64,000 nucleotides of DNA from Desulfomonilia bacterium (lineage in GTDB: Bacteria; Desulfobacterota; Desulfomonilia; UBA1062), in NCBI GenBank assembly GCA_963664325.2, contig CAXXDQ010000007.1, positions 544,001 through 608,000 of the forward strand, read 5' to 3'. The notes beneath the pieces were generated by a model. That model had not been told where the DNA came from. It saw nothing but the letters and a program-made list of their open reading frames with translations, and searched no databases. Numbering within the stretch: position 1 is the stretch's first letter; every line of letters begins with the position of its first letter. The position numbers and the translations under genes are program-made. Positions 29,869 through 40,899 of this stretch are shown piece by piece.

Positions 29869-31418
29869 GACTGTTCTCCTTTATTATTTACGTGTACGTG
29901 CGGAGAGGATATTTTGGCTTCTTTTTCCATTGATGATACTTCAATAGAAATATCTTTTTTAAGAAGCGGAAACAGTATCACATCTCTTATCGAAGGGCTG
30001 TCGGTAAGCAGCATGACCAGCCTGTCTATTCCTATTCCCTCTCCAGCCGCCGGCGGCATTCCGTACTCAAGCGCCCTGATATAATCCTTATCAATCTCTC
30101 CCGGGCCCTCTTTATCCATAATCTGCTTATCAAAACGCTCTTTCTGATCAAACGGATCATTGAGCTCGCTGAAGGCGTTGGCTATTTCCCTGCCTGCAAC
30201 ATAAAGCTCAAAGCGGTCAACTATCGAGGGGTCTTCGCTGTTGCGGCGTGAAAGCGGTGATACCTCGGTGGGGTAAGATGTAATGAATACAGGTCCGGTA
30301 AGTTTATCTTCGCAGGTCTCTTCAAAAATCATGGTTTGAAGTTCGCCCAGCCCTTCGTTTCCTTCAATTGGAAATCCGTTTAGTCTGCAGAAAGCGACTG
30401 CCTTTTCCCGGTCCTCAACAACGCCGGCATCGACTTTTCCTATAACCGTTATGGCTTCCTTCATCGTGAAAGTCTGCCAGGGCGGGGAAAAGTCGATTTC
30501 AGTACCCTGATAATTGACCTTCGCAGTGCCGAGCACTTCCATGGCTATTGATGAAATCATCTCTTCGGTAAGCTTCATGAGGTCTTTGTAATCGGCGTAT
30601 GCCATATAGAATTCCATCATGGTGAATTCAGGATTGTGCCTGGTTGATATGCCTTCGTTCCTGAAATTCCGGTTGATTTCATAGACCCGTTCAAAACCGC
30701 CTACAAGCAGTCTCTTGAGATAAAGCTCGGGTGCTATCCTCATGTAAAGGTCCATGTCCAGGGCATTGTGATGTGTCTTGAACGGCTTGGCCGTTGCCCC
30801 GCCGGGGATGCTCTGCATCATGGGGGTTTCGACCTCGATAAAGCCGAGATTGTCCATATAGGCCCTGAGGGCTTTGATTATTTTCGTCCTCTTCAAAAAT
30901 ACGTCTTTTACGTCCCCTGACATAATCAGGTCGGCGTATCTCTGACGGTACCTGGTTTCCACATCGGTGAGCCCGTGCCATTTCTCGGGCAGCGGTTGAA
31001 AATTTTTTGTCAGGAGTTCAAAACCCTTTGTATATAAGGAAAGTTCTCCTGTCTTGGTCTTGACGGGATTACCCCATAAACCGATTATGTCTCCAATATC
31101 CAGCCTTTTAAAAAGATCGTAGGCCTTTTCACCGAGCTTTGCCTTCTCAAAAAATGCCTGGAGTTTGCCTGTCCCGTCCTGAAAATGTATAAAGGCGGCC
31201 TTGCCGAAAATACGCACAGCCATGATGCGGCCCGCCATTTTATGGACTTGTTCGTTTGCCTGAAGTGTTTCGGCATCGAGAGAAGAGTATTTTTTTACAA
31301 AATCACTGACATTCGTGTCCTTTTTATAGGTATTCGGAAAATGAGCCACGCCATATTCATTTTTCAGTGCATCATATTTTTCAATGCGCTGCTTTGTCAG
31401 CCGCCCGATGTCCTCCAA
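29865..31418 (-). CDS. lysS: lysine--tRNA ligase (class II)
   Basis: [26 protein letters not shown] and GMPP..GIGIDRL motifs; probable TTG start at 31418. Confidence 0.97.
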   Translation of the reverse strand: MEDIGRLTKQRIEKYDALKNEYGVAHFPNTYKKDTNVSDFVKKYSSLDAETLQANEQVHKMAGRIMAVRIFGKAAFIHFQDGTGKLQAFFEKAKLGEKAYDLFKRLDIGDIIGLWGNPVKTKTGELSLYTKGFELLTKNFQPLPEKWHGLTDVETRYRQRYADLIMSGDVKDVFLKRTKIIKALRAYMDNLGFIEVETPMMQSIPGGATAKPFKTHHNALDMDLYMRIAPELYLKRLLVGGFERVYEINRNFRNEGISTRHNPEFTMMEFYMAYADYKDLMKLTEEMISSIAMEVLGTAKVNYQGTEIDFSPPWQTFTMKEAITVIGKVDAGVVEDREKAVAFCRLNGFPIEGNEGLGELQTMIFEETCEDKLTGPVFITSYPTEVSPLSRRNSEDPSIVDRFELYVAGREIANAFSELNDPFDQKERFDKQIMDKEGPGEIDKDYIRALEYGMPPAAGEGIGIDRLVMLLTDSPSIRDVILFPLLKKDISIEVSSMEKEAKISSPHVHVNNKGEQS

Positions 31419-31788
31419 GGTTTTATCCCCCGATAGAAAATAGATTGCCGGAGTTATAGAAGATATGCCATGCCGTGTCAACATAAACACCTAAAGCCTG
31501 TGAATGCTTTAATGGTAAAGGACAGGTGCCAATCTGCAATAAAATTCTTAAGTAGTTTCGAAATATTTTATCCTTGTTTTTGCAACATATCTGCACCTTA
31601 GCCCTAAAGTTCAAATTCAGGTTTTTCATTTGAAAATCATAAAATACATTTGGAAATGGAACAGCCTTCTTAAACAAAGCTGGAATTATTTTAGGAAGCA
31701 TTTGCATGGATTATCGATGAACAATACATGAGAAATGTGGTAAAGGTATTTTTCAGATCAAGGTATATCGTATATAAGGAGGTTACTT

Positions 31789-32976
31789 GTGAAATATATT
31801 CTTAAAATCCTCAAATATGCGGCAATAACCGTATTAATCCTAATACTGATCCTGGGGCTGACAATTTTTTATATGTGGGCAAGGCCCAATCATTCCGAAG
31901 TCAACCAGGAAATAGTAGCCGATACATGGGTAGCAGTAACCGACGGCATGCACAACTCAAACACGCATATGATCTCCTGGAACGATGAATTCTGGCTGGT
32001 GCATGCCAACTCGCCGTACCATTTCGCCACACCGAAATGCAAACTCATGGTCTGGCGTTCAAGGGATGCCAGGAACTGGACAAAGGTCACGGAATTCAGG
32101 GTGCCCGGCGAGGACATAAGGGACCCCAAATTCGCCGTCATCAGGGGCAGGCTCATGCTTTATGTTCTCAAAAGCGTCCGGTTCGAAGCCGAACCGTACA
32201 TGACCGCCTATACCTACACGGATGACGGAAAAACCTGGGTTAAGCTTATCGACATCACTGAGCATAACGGCTGGCTTTACTGGAACCCGAAATCCGCCGA
32301 TGGAAAAACATGGTATGTACCCGTCTACTGGTACGAGCACGGAAAATCGGCCCTCCTGAAATCAAGCGACGGGATGAAATGGGAAATGGTCTCCATCATA
32401 CATAACGGCAGGGATGACAAGACAGGCGCCAATGACCGCAACGATGAAACGGACATCGCATTCATGCCTGACGGCCGCATGATCGCCACCATGCGCATGG
32501 AAGGCTCGGACAGCCTGTTCGGCGACCCGAAGGCCTGTACGAATATCGAGGTCTCATCACCGCCATATACAAAATGGTCTGAGCCTGTAAGCGATTTCAC
32601 CACAAGACTGGACGGCCCTGCGCTGTTTTCTTATAACGGCAGGATCTATGCCGCAGGCCGGTTTAACCCGTACAAACCCGGCCCGGTAAACTATTTTGGC
32701 AGCATATTTGCAAAGAAACGTACATCACTCTTTCTTGTAACCGAAAAGGGGCTTATCAGATTGACTGACTTCCCGAGCGCAGGCGACACCTCATATAACG
32801 GCGTTGTCATCAGGGATGGTTTTGCATACATAAGCTACTATACAAGCAGCATCAAACGGGACTGGCCATGGCTCATGGGTATGGTTTCGGCAAGTGATAT
32901 ACGCATTGCAAAAGTCAGCCTTGCCGGACTTGAAAAAGCAGCACTCAAATCCGTTTCCGGGAAAGGATGGGAATAG
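31789..32976 (+). CDS. membrane-anchored Asp-box (BNR) beta-propeller protein, sialidase-like fold
   Basis: N-terminal TM helix; Asp-boxes SRDARNW, TDDGKTW, SADGKTW and SSDGMKW; RDPK and GDTSY motifs. Confidence 0.7.
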   Translation: MKYILKILKYAAITVLILILILGLTIFYMWARPNHSEVNQEIVADTWVAVTDGMHNSNTHMISWNDEFWLVHANSPYHFATPKCKLMVWRSRDARNWTKVTEFRVPGEDIRDPKFAVIRGRLMLYVLKSVRFEAEPYMTAYTYTDDGKTWVKLIDITEHNGWLYWNPKSADGKTWYVPVYWYEHGKSALLKSSDGMKWEMVSIIHNGRDDKTGANDRNDETDIAFMPDGRMIATMRMEGSDSLFGDPKACTNIEVSSPPYTKWSEPVSDFTTRLDGPALFSYNGRIYAAGRFNPYKPGPVNYFGSIFAKKRTSLFLVTEKGLIRLTDFPSAGDTSYNGVVIRDGFAYISYYTSSIKRDWPWLMGMVSASDIRIAKVSLAGLEKAALKSVSGKGWE

Positions 32977-32979
32977 ACA

Positions 32980-34146
32980 ATGAGCCTGCAGGATATACTT
33001 ACTCATATAGCCATACCAAGGCCAAGCTACAGTAACGCCTTTGACAGTGTTGTCGCTTTCATAAAGGAATTACTTTTTCCTTATGAGATTCAGTACAGTA
33101 TCCAGGAATTTGTTCTGAAACCAAGACTGGATTTCATTGTGGGTATTACGATTGCCCTGCTGGGGATTATCCTTTGCGGTTTTATCATCAGGAAAAAACC
33201 TCTTGCAGCAATAATAACAGCAATACTAATCCCTGCTGTCCTGATACTTGAGTTTGAATATTTCGTAAGCGTGGTTTCATGGATCATAACAAAACCTGCA
33301 GAAAATATAATCATCCGGTTCCCAAATCCCAATGCGGTCAGGGAGCTCATTTTTGCAGCACATATGGATTCAAAGACAGCTCTGTTTGATCATATTCAAA
33401 GGGCGCACATCTACAGGCTGGTTCCTGTTGCAGTTATCCTCGGATTGATTACTCCCATGATTTATTCTCTCGGGAAAATATTCAGATTTGCAAAGAACAG
33501 GGTCGCATCGGGAATATCGATTATTATTGCTGTAATTCTTGCAGCATACTGGGTGTTGTTCGGTACGAGCTTCTTCGGGTATGTCTTCGTAGAAAACCAG
33601 TCGCCAGGCGCTGTTGATGATGCGGCAAGCGTAGCCATCCTGATCGATCTTGCAAAAGACATCCATGACGGCATGGTAACTACGGCAGACAATTCTGTAA
33701 CGATCCTGCTGACATCCGGCGAAGAAGTCAACCTGCTGGGAGCCCTGGCCTATGTCAATGAATTTCTTCCCGCGGGCAATATCGACAGAAAAATACCGGC
33801 AATGCTTATCAATCTCGACCTCGTCGGACAGGGAGGAAACCTTGCCTATGCAGAAAGCAACGGGGTGTTCCTGAAGCATTACCCGGCGGATACCAAGCTC
33901 GTCAATGAAGTCGGGAAAGCCTGGCAGTCTGTTTCAGGAAAGCCCCTTGAAAAAGGAGAGAAGAGCACGGATGATGCCGTATGCTTTATGGCAAAGGGCA
34001 TCCCTTCGGTAACCATCTACAACACGGGAATTCCAGGCCAGGGGCTGGGCGGTTTTCATTCGGCGGCTGACAACATGCGAAGGATTGACTTAAACAACAT
34101 GAAAATGGTCCTTGCCACGCTCAAACGGATCATAAACAGCAAGTGA
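32980..34146 (+). CDS. M28 family metallopeptidase with inserted TM helices
   Basis: AHMDSK, GAVDDAAS, SGEE, NLDLVG, TDD and FHSAAD motifs. Confidence 0.85.
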   Translation: MSLQDILTHIAIPRPSYSNAFDSVVAFIKELLFPYEIQYSIQEFVLKPRLDFIVGITIALLGIILCGFIIRKKPLAAIITAILIPAVLILEFEYFVSVVSWIITKPAENIIIRFPNPNAVRELIFAAHMDSKTALFDHIQRAHIYRLVPVAVILGLITPMIYSLGKIFRFAKNRVASGISIIIAVILAAYWVLFGTSFFGYVFVENQSPGAVDDAASVAILIDLAKDIHDGMVTTADNSVTILLTSGEEVNLLGALAYVNEFLPAGNIDRKIPAMLINLDLVGQGGNLAYAESNGVFLKHYPADTKLVNEVGKAWQSVSGKPLEKGEKSTDDAVCFMAKGIPSVTIYNTGIPGQGLGGFHSAADNMRRIDLNNMKMVLATLKRIINSK

Positions 34147-34523
34147 ACCGGCTGCTCATATTTTTCTGCTCCGTTATTTTATTGTCATTCGGCTCTGCAG
34201 CTGCTGGCCCGTGTGTTCCAATTACAGATAACATATACAAATCACCCGCATCCCTTAACGGCATGATGAATTTCCTGGAAGTCAAGCACAAAGATTATCC
34301 CGGCCTGAAAGGCTACGGGCTGGGTATAAAACATTTCATCATCGATGGAGAAGACCTCTACGGTCATACCGGGACAGTCCCTGGATATTCAGGGATTGTC
34401 CTGCATAACATGAAAAAGGGCTATACAATCTGCATCCTGGGAAACCTTTCCGTTATCGATCAGGAAGGCCTCTTCAAAGAGGTCCTGGCGAAAATAGTTC
34501 AGCCGATGATTAAGGCTCAATAA
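34143..34523 (+). pseudogene. remnant of a serine hydrolase (beta-lactamase/AmpC-like): signal peptide plus C-terminal part only
   Basis: YGLGI..YGHTGTVPGY is present, but SxxK and YxN are absent; only 126 aa. Confidence 0.6.
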
Positions 34524-34876
34524 TAGCCTGATCATACTTGAGTCACGGTGCCTTCAAATAAATCCATGTTCTTGAGAATTGCAGGATTTGTATTTTTTAC
34601 AGTGCCATCAACTTTGCAAAATCAGGGTTCGCTGTCATCATGAGAAGCATCTGTACTTTCCTTTGATATATAAGGCGTACATAATTTTACACAAAAGAAC
34701 CGGTACCGACATTTATAATTTAAAATAATTATGCCGATATTGTTATTGACGGCTTTTCAAAATTTATCGGTTCATGTTTATTGAGTCAGATTATTTGTAA
34801 TTCATGGCAGTGCTTAAAAAGCCCTGCAGGTATTATGATTTTCAATTGGCCGACAAGGCATTAAAGGAGAAGCGAT

Positions 34877-37800
34877 ATGACCCGGGAAAAGGGTTCCTCC
34901 CCAAAGAAGGAAATCCTATCGCGACAGGATGTGAAGAATAAAAAGAGAACTTCATCCGGACAAACCGATGGAGAATCAAGAAAATCGGAAGAACGGTATC
35001 AGAAAGCACAGAAAGTTGGCCATATCGGTAACTGGGAATATGACCTGAAGACACAGCACTTCTGGGGATCGGATGAAGCAAAGCGGATTTATGGATTTGA
35101 TCCTGGAAAATCCGATTTTACGACCGATGAAGTTGAAAATTGCATTCCTGAAAAAGATCGGGTCCATCAGGCACTGATCGACCTTATTGAAAAAGGGAAA
35201 GAATACAATCTGGAATTTGAAATCCATCCTATTAATTCCCCTGAACCCAGATTTATATGGTCCATAGCTGAAGTGCAAAGGGATGAAGACGGTTTACCTC
35301 TGATTGTAACCGGGGTTATTCAGGACATCACCGAACGCAAACGGGCTGATGATAAACTGAAGGAAAGCGAGTTAAGATACCGCTCACTGTTTGAAAATAT
35401 GATAGAGGGGTTTGCTCACTGCAGGATGATTTATGATATAAACGGCCTTCCGGTTGACTGGGTTTATCTTAATGTGAACACTTCATTTGAAAAGCTCACA
35501 GGGTTGAAAGATGTAATAGGCAAGCATGTCACGGAAGTAATACCCGGGATTGCAAAGACGAATCCCGAATTGTTCGACATATACGGCCGCGTTTCAATGA
35601 CCGGAGTTCCGGAACAGTTGGAAACATACCTCCCGATCCTGGAGATATGGCTGCACCTGTCTGTTTTCAGTCCTGGAAAGGATTTCTTTTTCGTGGTTTT
35701 CGAGAACATCTCCGAGCGCAAGAAAGCTGAAGAAATATTGCGGGAGAGCGAAGAAAAATACCGCTCAATCGTGGAGAACATCAATGATGTTTTATATACA
35801 TTGGATAACCAGGGAAATATAACCTATCTCAGCCCGGTCGTAGAGCATTTGACCCAATACAAAGTGGCCGATCTAATAGGGAAGCCTTTTGCGCCGCTGA
35901 TACATCCGGATGATATGCCGGGCCTTTCGGAAAGCTTTAACCGGCTGATGTCGGGACAGATGGAACCGTGGGAATTCCGCATTATGGATAAAGACGGCAC
36001 TATCAAATATGTCCGTACCTCCAGCCGACCCGTATACTCGGATGGCCGTATCAACGGCGTCACTGCTGTTATGAGCAACATTACTGAGCGCAAGCAGGCT
36101 GAGGAGAAACTGAATGAAAGCAGGGAGTCTTTCCGAGCGCTCCTTGAAAATGCAATGGACCTGATCACCATTATGGAAGCAGACGGAACCATAAAATATG
36201 AAAGTCCGTCCAGCAGGATGGTCCTTGGTTATGAACCTTATGAACTTATGGGGAAGAATGCCCTGGATTATATTCATCCTGATGATCTGCCAAAGGCTGC
36301 TAGTGCACTGTCCCCTGAAGCCGCAACCAGAGATGTTGTCCTCATTGAGCTGCGTTTCAGGCATAAAGACGGCTCATGGGTAAATTTGGAAGCCATCGGC
36401 AAAGACCTGCGTGACAATCCGGCGATAGGCGGAATTGTTATTAATTCACGCGACATCACCGAGCGGAAGAAAGCCGAGGAAGAGCTGAAAACGAGCCGGA
36501 TCCGGCTCGCGGAAGCGATGGATATGGCCCATTTGGTAAACTGGGAGTTTGATGTAAAGACAAGCACTTTTACCTTCAACGACAGGTTCTATGCTTTGTA
36601 TGGCACTACTGCTGATCGCGAGGGCGGCTATCATATGACTGCAGACGTTTATTCGCGGGAATTCCTTCATCCGGACGATCAACACCTTGTCACCGAAGAA
36701 GTGATTAAGGCTATAAATGCAACCGACCCGGAGTACACATCACAGGTTGAGCACCGGATAATCCGCAGGGATGGCGAGATCCGGCACATCGTTGTACGTT
36801 TTGGAATCACGAAAAACTCGGAGGGCAGAACTCTCATAACTCACGGGGCCAACCAGGACATCACCGAGCGCAGGCAGGCCGAGGAGGAGAGGGAAAATCT
36901 CCAAGTGCAGTTGAACCAGGCTCAGAAGATGGAATCCGTAGGCCGCCTTGCGGGCGGCGTGGCTCACGATTTCAACAATATGCTCAGCGTCATACTCGGA
37001 CATTCCGAACTTGCCTTGATGCTGGCCAATCCCGAGCAACCGATTTTCGAGGACCTTCAGCAAATCAGGAAAGCAGCCGAACGATCCGCTGATCTCACCC
37101 GCCAGTTGCTTGCTTTTGCCCGCAAGCAGACCGTAGTTCCGATAGTCCTCGATATGAATGAGACAGTGGAAGGAATGCTCACGATGTTGAGGCGGCTCAT
37201 TGGCGAGGATATCGACCTGGCTTGGGTGCCGGCTGAAAATCTTATGCCTGTCAAGATGGATCCTTCCCAGATTGACCAGGTCCTGGCCAATCTCTGCATC
37301 AATGCACGTGACGCCATCGCCGGCGTAGGCAAAGTCACAATCGAAACGGGAAACGCCACATTCAACAAATCATATTGCTATGATCATCCGGACTTTACAC
37401 CAGGAGACTATGTAATGCTCGCAGTGAGCGACGACGGTAAAGGCATGGACAAGGAAACACTGGCAAACATCTTTGAACCTTTCTTCACCACTAAAGACAT
37501 GGGAGAAGGCACCGGCCTAGGGCTGTCCACAGTATACGGAATCGTCAGGCAGAACAACGGATATATAAATGTCTACAGCGAACCCGGCCACGGTACAACC
37601 TTCAGGATATACCTTCCCGGGAACCTTGATAATATAGGACAATTCCAGACAAGCGACCCCTCGGAACCAATCGAGCCCGGCAATGAAACCGTGCTGCTGG
37701 TGGAGGACGAGCCGGCAATCCTGAATATGACCATGACGATGCTCCAACGACTGGGTTATACCGGTCTGGCTGCTCCGGGTCCGCTCGAAGCCATGCGTTT

Positions 37801-38053
37801 GGCTGATAATTACCTAGGCGAAATCCATCTGCTCATGACCGATGTGATCATGCCTGACATGAACGGCCGGGATCTGGCTGCAACTCTTCTGTTCCATTAC
37901 CCGAATATCAAGTGCCTGTTCATGTCAGGCTACACGGCCAACGTCATCGCCCACCACGGCGTGCTGGAAGACGGCGTAAATTTCATCCAGAAACCGTTCT
38001 CGCTTAATGAACTGGCTGCAAAACTGAGGCTGGTACTTGACGGTAAAAAATGA
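34877..38053 (+). CDS. multi-PAS hybrid sensor histidine kinase/response regulator
   Basis: Five PAS/PAC units (DITERK-type ends), AHDFNN H-box, GTGLGL G-box and a C-terminal receiver domain. Confidence 0.95.
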   Translation: MTREKGSSPKKEILSRQDVKNKKRTSSGQTDGESRKSEERYQKAQKVGHIGNWEYDLKTQHFWGSDEAKRIYGFDPGKSDFTTDEVENCIPEKDRVHQALIDLIEKGKEYNLEFEIHPINSPEPRFIWSIAEVQRDEDGLPLIVTGVIQDITERKRADDKLKESELRYRSLFENMIEGFAHCRMIYDINGLPVDWVYLNVNTSFEKLTGLKDVIGKHVTEVIPGIAKTNPELFDIYGRVSMTGVPEQLETYLPILEIWLHLSVFSPGKDFFFVVFENISERKKAEEILRESEEKYRSIVENINDVLYTLDNQGNITYLSPVVEHLTQYKVADLIGKPFAPLIHPDDMPGLSESFNRLMSGQMEPWEFRIMDKDGTIKYVRTSSRPVYSDGRINGVTAVMSNITERKQAEEKLNESRESFRALLENAMDLITIMEADGTIKYESPSSRMVLGYEPYELMGKNALDYIHPDDLPKAASALSPEAATRDVVLIELRFRHKDGSWVNLEAIGKDLRDNPAIGGIVINSRDITERKKAEEELKTSRIRLAEAMDMAHLVNWEFDVKTSTFTFNDRFYALYGTTADREGGYHMTADVYSREFLHPDDQHLVTEEVIKAINATDPEYTSQVEHRIIRRDGEIRHIVVRFGITKNSEGRTLITHGANQDITERRQAEEERENLQVQLNQAQKMESVGRLAGGVAHDFNNMLSVILGHSELALMLANPEQPIFEDLQQIRKAAERSADLTRQLLAFARKQTVVPIVLDMNETVEGMLTMLRRLIGEDIDLAWVPAENLMPVKMDPSQIDQVLANLCINARDAIAGVGKVTIETGNATFNKSYCYDHPDFTPGDYVMLAVSDDGKGMDKETLANIFEPFFTTKDMGEGTGLGLSTVYGIVRQNNGYINVYSEPGHGTTFRIYLPGNLDNIGQFQTSDPSEPIEPGNETVLLVEDEPAILNMTMTMLQRLGYTGLAAPGPLEAMRLADNYLGEIHLLMTDVIMPDMNGRDLAATLLFHYPNIKCLFMSGYTANVIAHHGVLEDGVNFIQKPFSLNELAAKLRLVLDGKK

Positions 38054-38193
38054 AACCGGAATTCAGATGAAGCTAGATGCTTATGATGCTCATTTGGCCA
38101 TGCTCGATCTGAATCCCAAATACCCTGAATCCATTGAAATGAAATTATGTGAAACATGCTTGATGCATAGAATTTAGCCTGTTTCAACTTATG

Positions 38194-38207
38194 TTGATTC
38201 AAATCAA
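38194..38207. promoter_or_regulatory. Crp/Fnr-type palindrome upstream of the FadL-family gene
   Basis: TTGAT-TCAA-ATCAA is a perfect match to TTGAT-N4-ATCAA; TATACT follows at 38226-38231. Confidence 0.55.
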
Positions 38208-38315
38208 TATAAACGATTTTCTTTGTATACTGCTATGTCTCAATGAAGTTATTTTCTAAATAAATGAACAAAGAAAAGCTGCCACCAAATTAATTTTTCA
38301 AGAAAGGAGAACGTT

Positions 38316-39581
38316 ATGAAGAGATCATGGATTATAAGCTCAATTGTTTTCACGGCATTGATAACAATAAGTACAAACGTTTTTGCAACAAACGGCGATA
38401 ATCTAATAGCAGTAGGACCTGCTGCTAGGTCGATGGGAGGAGTCGGCATTGCCCAGCCTCAGGACTCGGTAAGCTCAATATTCTCCAACCCGGCGACTAT
38501 GGTTAATGATAATTTTTTCAAGGGCACTGAATTTGATTTTGCCGGAACTGCTTTTATTCCCAGGATCAAGGGATCTGTTGAAACAGCAAATGGGACTTAC
38601 AGTGCCGACAGTGCGAGTTCGGTCTTCGGCATTCCGGCGATAGGGCTGAACACCCCTGCAAGCAAAGACCTGAAAGAGTTGAGGTTCGGAATCGCGGCTT
38701 ACGGCGTTACAGGACTTGGCGTCGACTACAGAGGAACAGCACTTGACAATCCAACCGCCTATTTCGGAACGTACCCGCTGATCACCGGTGAATATACCCA
38801 GCTTCAGATAATGAAATTCTCCCCTTCCCTTGCCTATAAAATAAACAATATGTTTTCAGTGGGAGCAGCAGTGCACATTGATTACTCGACCCTTGATTTA
38901 AGGCATGGTTCATCACCAGCCTATGGTCTGGGTGCAAAACTCGGCGTTATATACAACCCCATTGCACCTGTTTCAATCGGACTCACCTATACCACTCCAC
39001 AGCCTATCAATTACAGACGCATTATCGATTTTGATCAGGACGGCAGCCTTGATTCGCTCAAACTCGAGGCCCCTCAGGAAATCGGAGCAGGAGCCGCATA
39101 TAAGAATGCAGACCTGCTGAACCTTTTGATTGAAGCGGATGTAAAATTTGTTCAATGGTCAAAATCTGACGGATATAAGGATTTTGACTGGAACGACCAG
39201 TGGGTCTACGCAATAGGCGCACAGATTGAACCTGTAAAAAAACTGTCCTTTAGGGCGGGTTTCAATTACTCAAAAAACCCCCTTGTCAGTCATGACGGAT
39301 TCAACGGCAGCAGTATGGTTGAAGTCCAGGGTAAATCAATGCCTGCCTACTATTATGAAACTTTCAGAATTATCGGATTCCCGGCAATCGTGGAGCAGCA
39401 TCTTACATGTGGTGCGGGATACAAATTCAGCGACACTTTTTCTGCGAACCTTGGTTATGTTCACGCTTTTGAAAAAACAATAAGTGAAACAGGCACGGAC
39501 ATTACCGGGATGCAGCCTGTAGCATTGTCATCAACACTTTCAGAAGACAGCGTGGATTTCGGACTTACCTGGAACTTTTAG
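38316..39581 (+). CDS. FadL/OmpP1/TodX family outer membrane channel for hydrophobic compounds
   Basis: TNG..GPAARSMGGVGIA..NPA hatch motif; beta-barrel; terminal F. Confidence 0.88.
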   Translation: MKRSWIISSIVFTALITISTNVFATNGDNLIAVGPAARSMGGVGIAQPQDSVSSIFSNPATMVNDNFFKGTEFDFAGTAFIPRIKGSVETANGTYSADSASSVFGIPAIGLNTPASKDLKELRFGIAAYGVTGLGVDYRGTALDNPTAYFGTYPLITGEYTQLQIMKFSPSLAYKINNMFSVGAAVHIDYSTLDLRHGSSPAYGLGAKLGVIYNPIAPVSIGLTYTTPQPINYRRIIDFDQDGSLDSLKLEAPQEIGAGAAYKNADLLNLLIEADVKFVQWSKSDGYKDFDWNDQWVYAIGAQIEPVKKLSFRAGFNYSKNPLVSHDGFNGSSMVEVQGKSMPAYYYETFRIIGFPAIVEQHLTCGAGYKFSDTFSANLGYVHAFEKTISETGTDITGMQPVALSSTLSEDSVDFGLTWNF

Positions 39582-39603
39582 ACATAACTCATATCCTTCA
39601 TAA

Positions 39604-39642
39604 AAGTAAGGCGGCCGAACTCCGGCCCCTTACTTCCTCTTT
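39604..39642 (+). terminator. terminator after the FadL-family gene
   Basis: AAGTAAGG-CGGCCG-AACTC-CGGCC-CCTTACTT hairpin. Confidence 0.55.
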
Positions 39643-39861
39643 CCAATATCATGACAGTTCTGTTCAACCTGGAGCTTATTGAGACAGAATCTTTAGCAGC
39701 CATCGAACCTGTTGCCCGATAGCAAAAAGATATAGGGTCAGACTTTGATTTCCTTGAAGTTAAACTTCACAATTTTTCTTATTTACTCATCGGCGGCCGG
39801 CACCTGACCAGCCTTAAAACTTCTCCGTCTAAAATATATAAAGCCGGTTCTTTACCGGACT

Positions 39862-40882
39862 CTATCTCACTACTATTTCAAAAAGAATTATCATATCGGC
39901 CTTTGCTTCTTTTGAGTAAAGCTCGTTCGGTGCCGATTCATAATCCGCAGGGGTTTCTCTTTCCGTAACCGATTGCAGAAATCCTGTCTGGGGCAACGAT
40001 CTTTTCTTCAACAAGATATTCTTTAACTGCCTTTGTACGCATTTCGCTCAACTCCTGGTTGTACTCTTTCGAGCTGGAGGAGGATGTGTAGCCCGCAATA
40101 CGGATCTTAAATCTGGTGTTTTCTTTAAGGATGCTGATGCTTCTTTTCAGAAAAACCTTCGCTTCATCTGTAAGGCTTGCCTTATCGAAATCGAAATGCA
40201 TATCTTCAAGCGCAAGTATAACTGAGCTCTCCTCCGGCTCAGATGAAAGAGCGCTCACCGCCCCCTCATACTTCGGATCAGAGGCAAGTATAACAACCTT
40301 CTCCACTGCTGATTCCCCAACCGGTTCCGTTGCTTTCTTTTTACCGCCGAACTGGTAATTGAGCCCGAAAGTGTATTCGAAATTGTTTACGGGTCCGTCA
40401 TCCTGCATGACAAGCCCACGGAAATCGGCCCTCAGTGCGAGGTCTCCGGTAATAAAGAACATCAGCCCGGCCCCGTAATCAAAAATCCCATGGGTATGTT
40501 TCGGCAGCTCGTTAGGATCAGTTTTTCTTCCGCCGAACCCGGCAGCAATATAAGGGATCATACGGCTTTCAGGCATGAAATGATAAAGGAGGTCGAAACC
40601 ATAACGATAGGCAAGGACGTTCTTCCCGCAATAATCGGAACCTGTTGAATATTCTGTTGGCACATAATCGAACAGGGCTTCCATCCCTATATTACCGGTA
40701 AAATTATATCCGGCACGCAAGCCGTAAACAGGGCTGGTTTTCAGGTGATCACTCTGGCCGAAGACATAGGCTCCAAAGATAGGGGAGACATCAAAGGATC
40801 CCGGTCTTACATTTGCATATACGATAGAAGAAATGATCAAGGAAGGAAAAATGACAACCATTAGTAACAAGTTTCTTTTCAT
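39862..40882 (-). CDS. second OmpA family protein, +1 frameshift in a 4-base run (plus-strand GGGG) at about 39950
   Basis: Beta-barrel plus OmpA_C (FDFDK..IAGYTS..YNQELS). Removing one C gives ..NPADYESAPNELYSKEAKADMIILFEIVVR-stop at 39862. Confidence 0.8.
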
Positions 40883-40899
40883 CGTAATTCCTCATCCTG

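Noticed and set aside
39733-39760. GGGTCAGACTTTGATTTCCTTG, reminiscent of ends seen near some HUH transposase elements
   Set aside because: Single copy, no partner end and no transposase nearby; cannot be supported.
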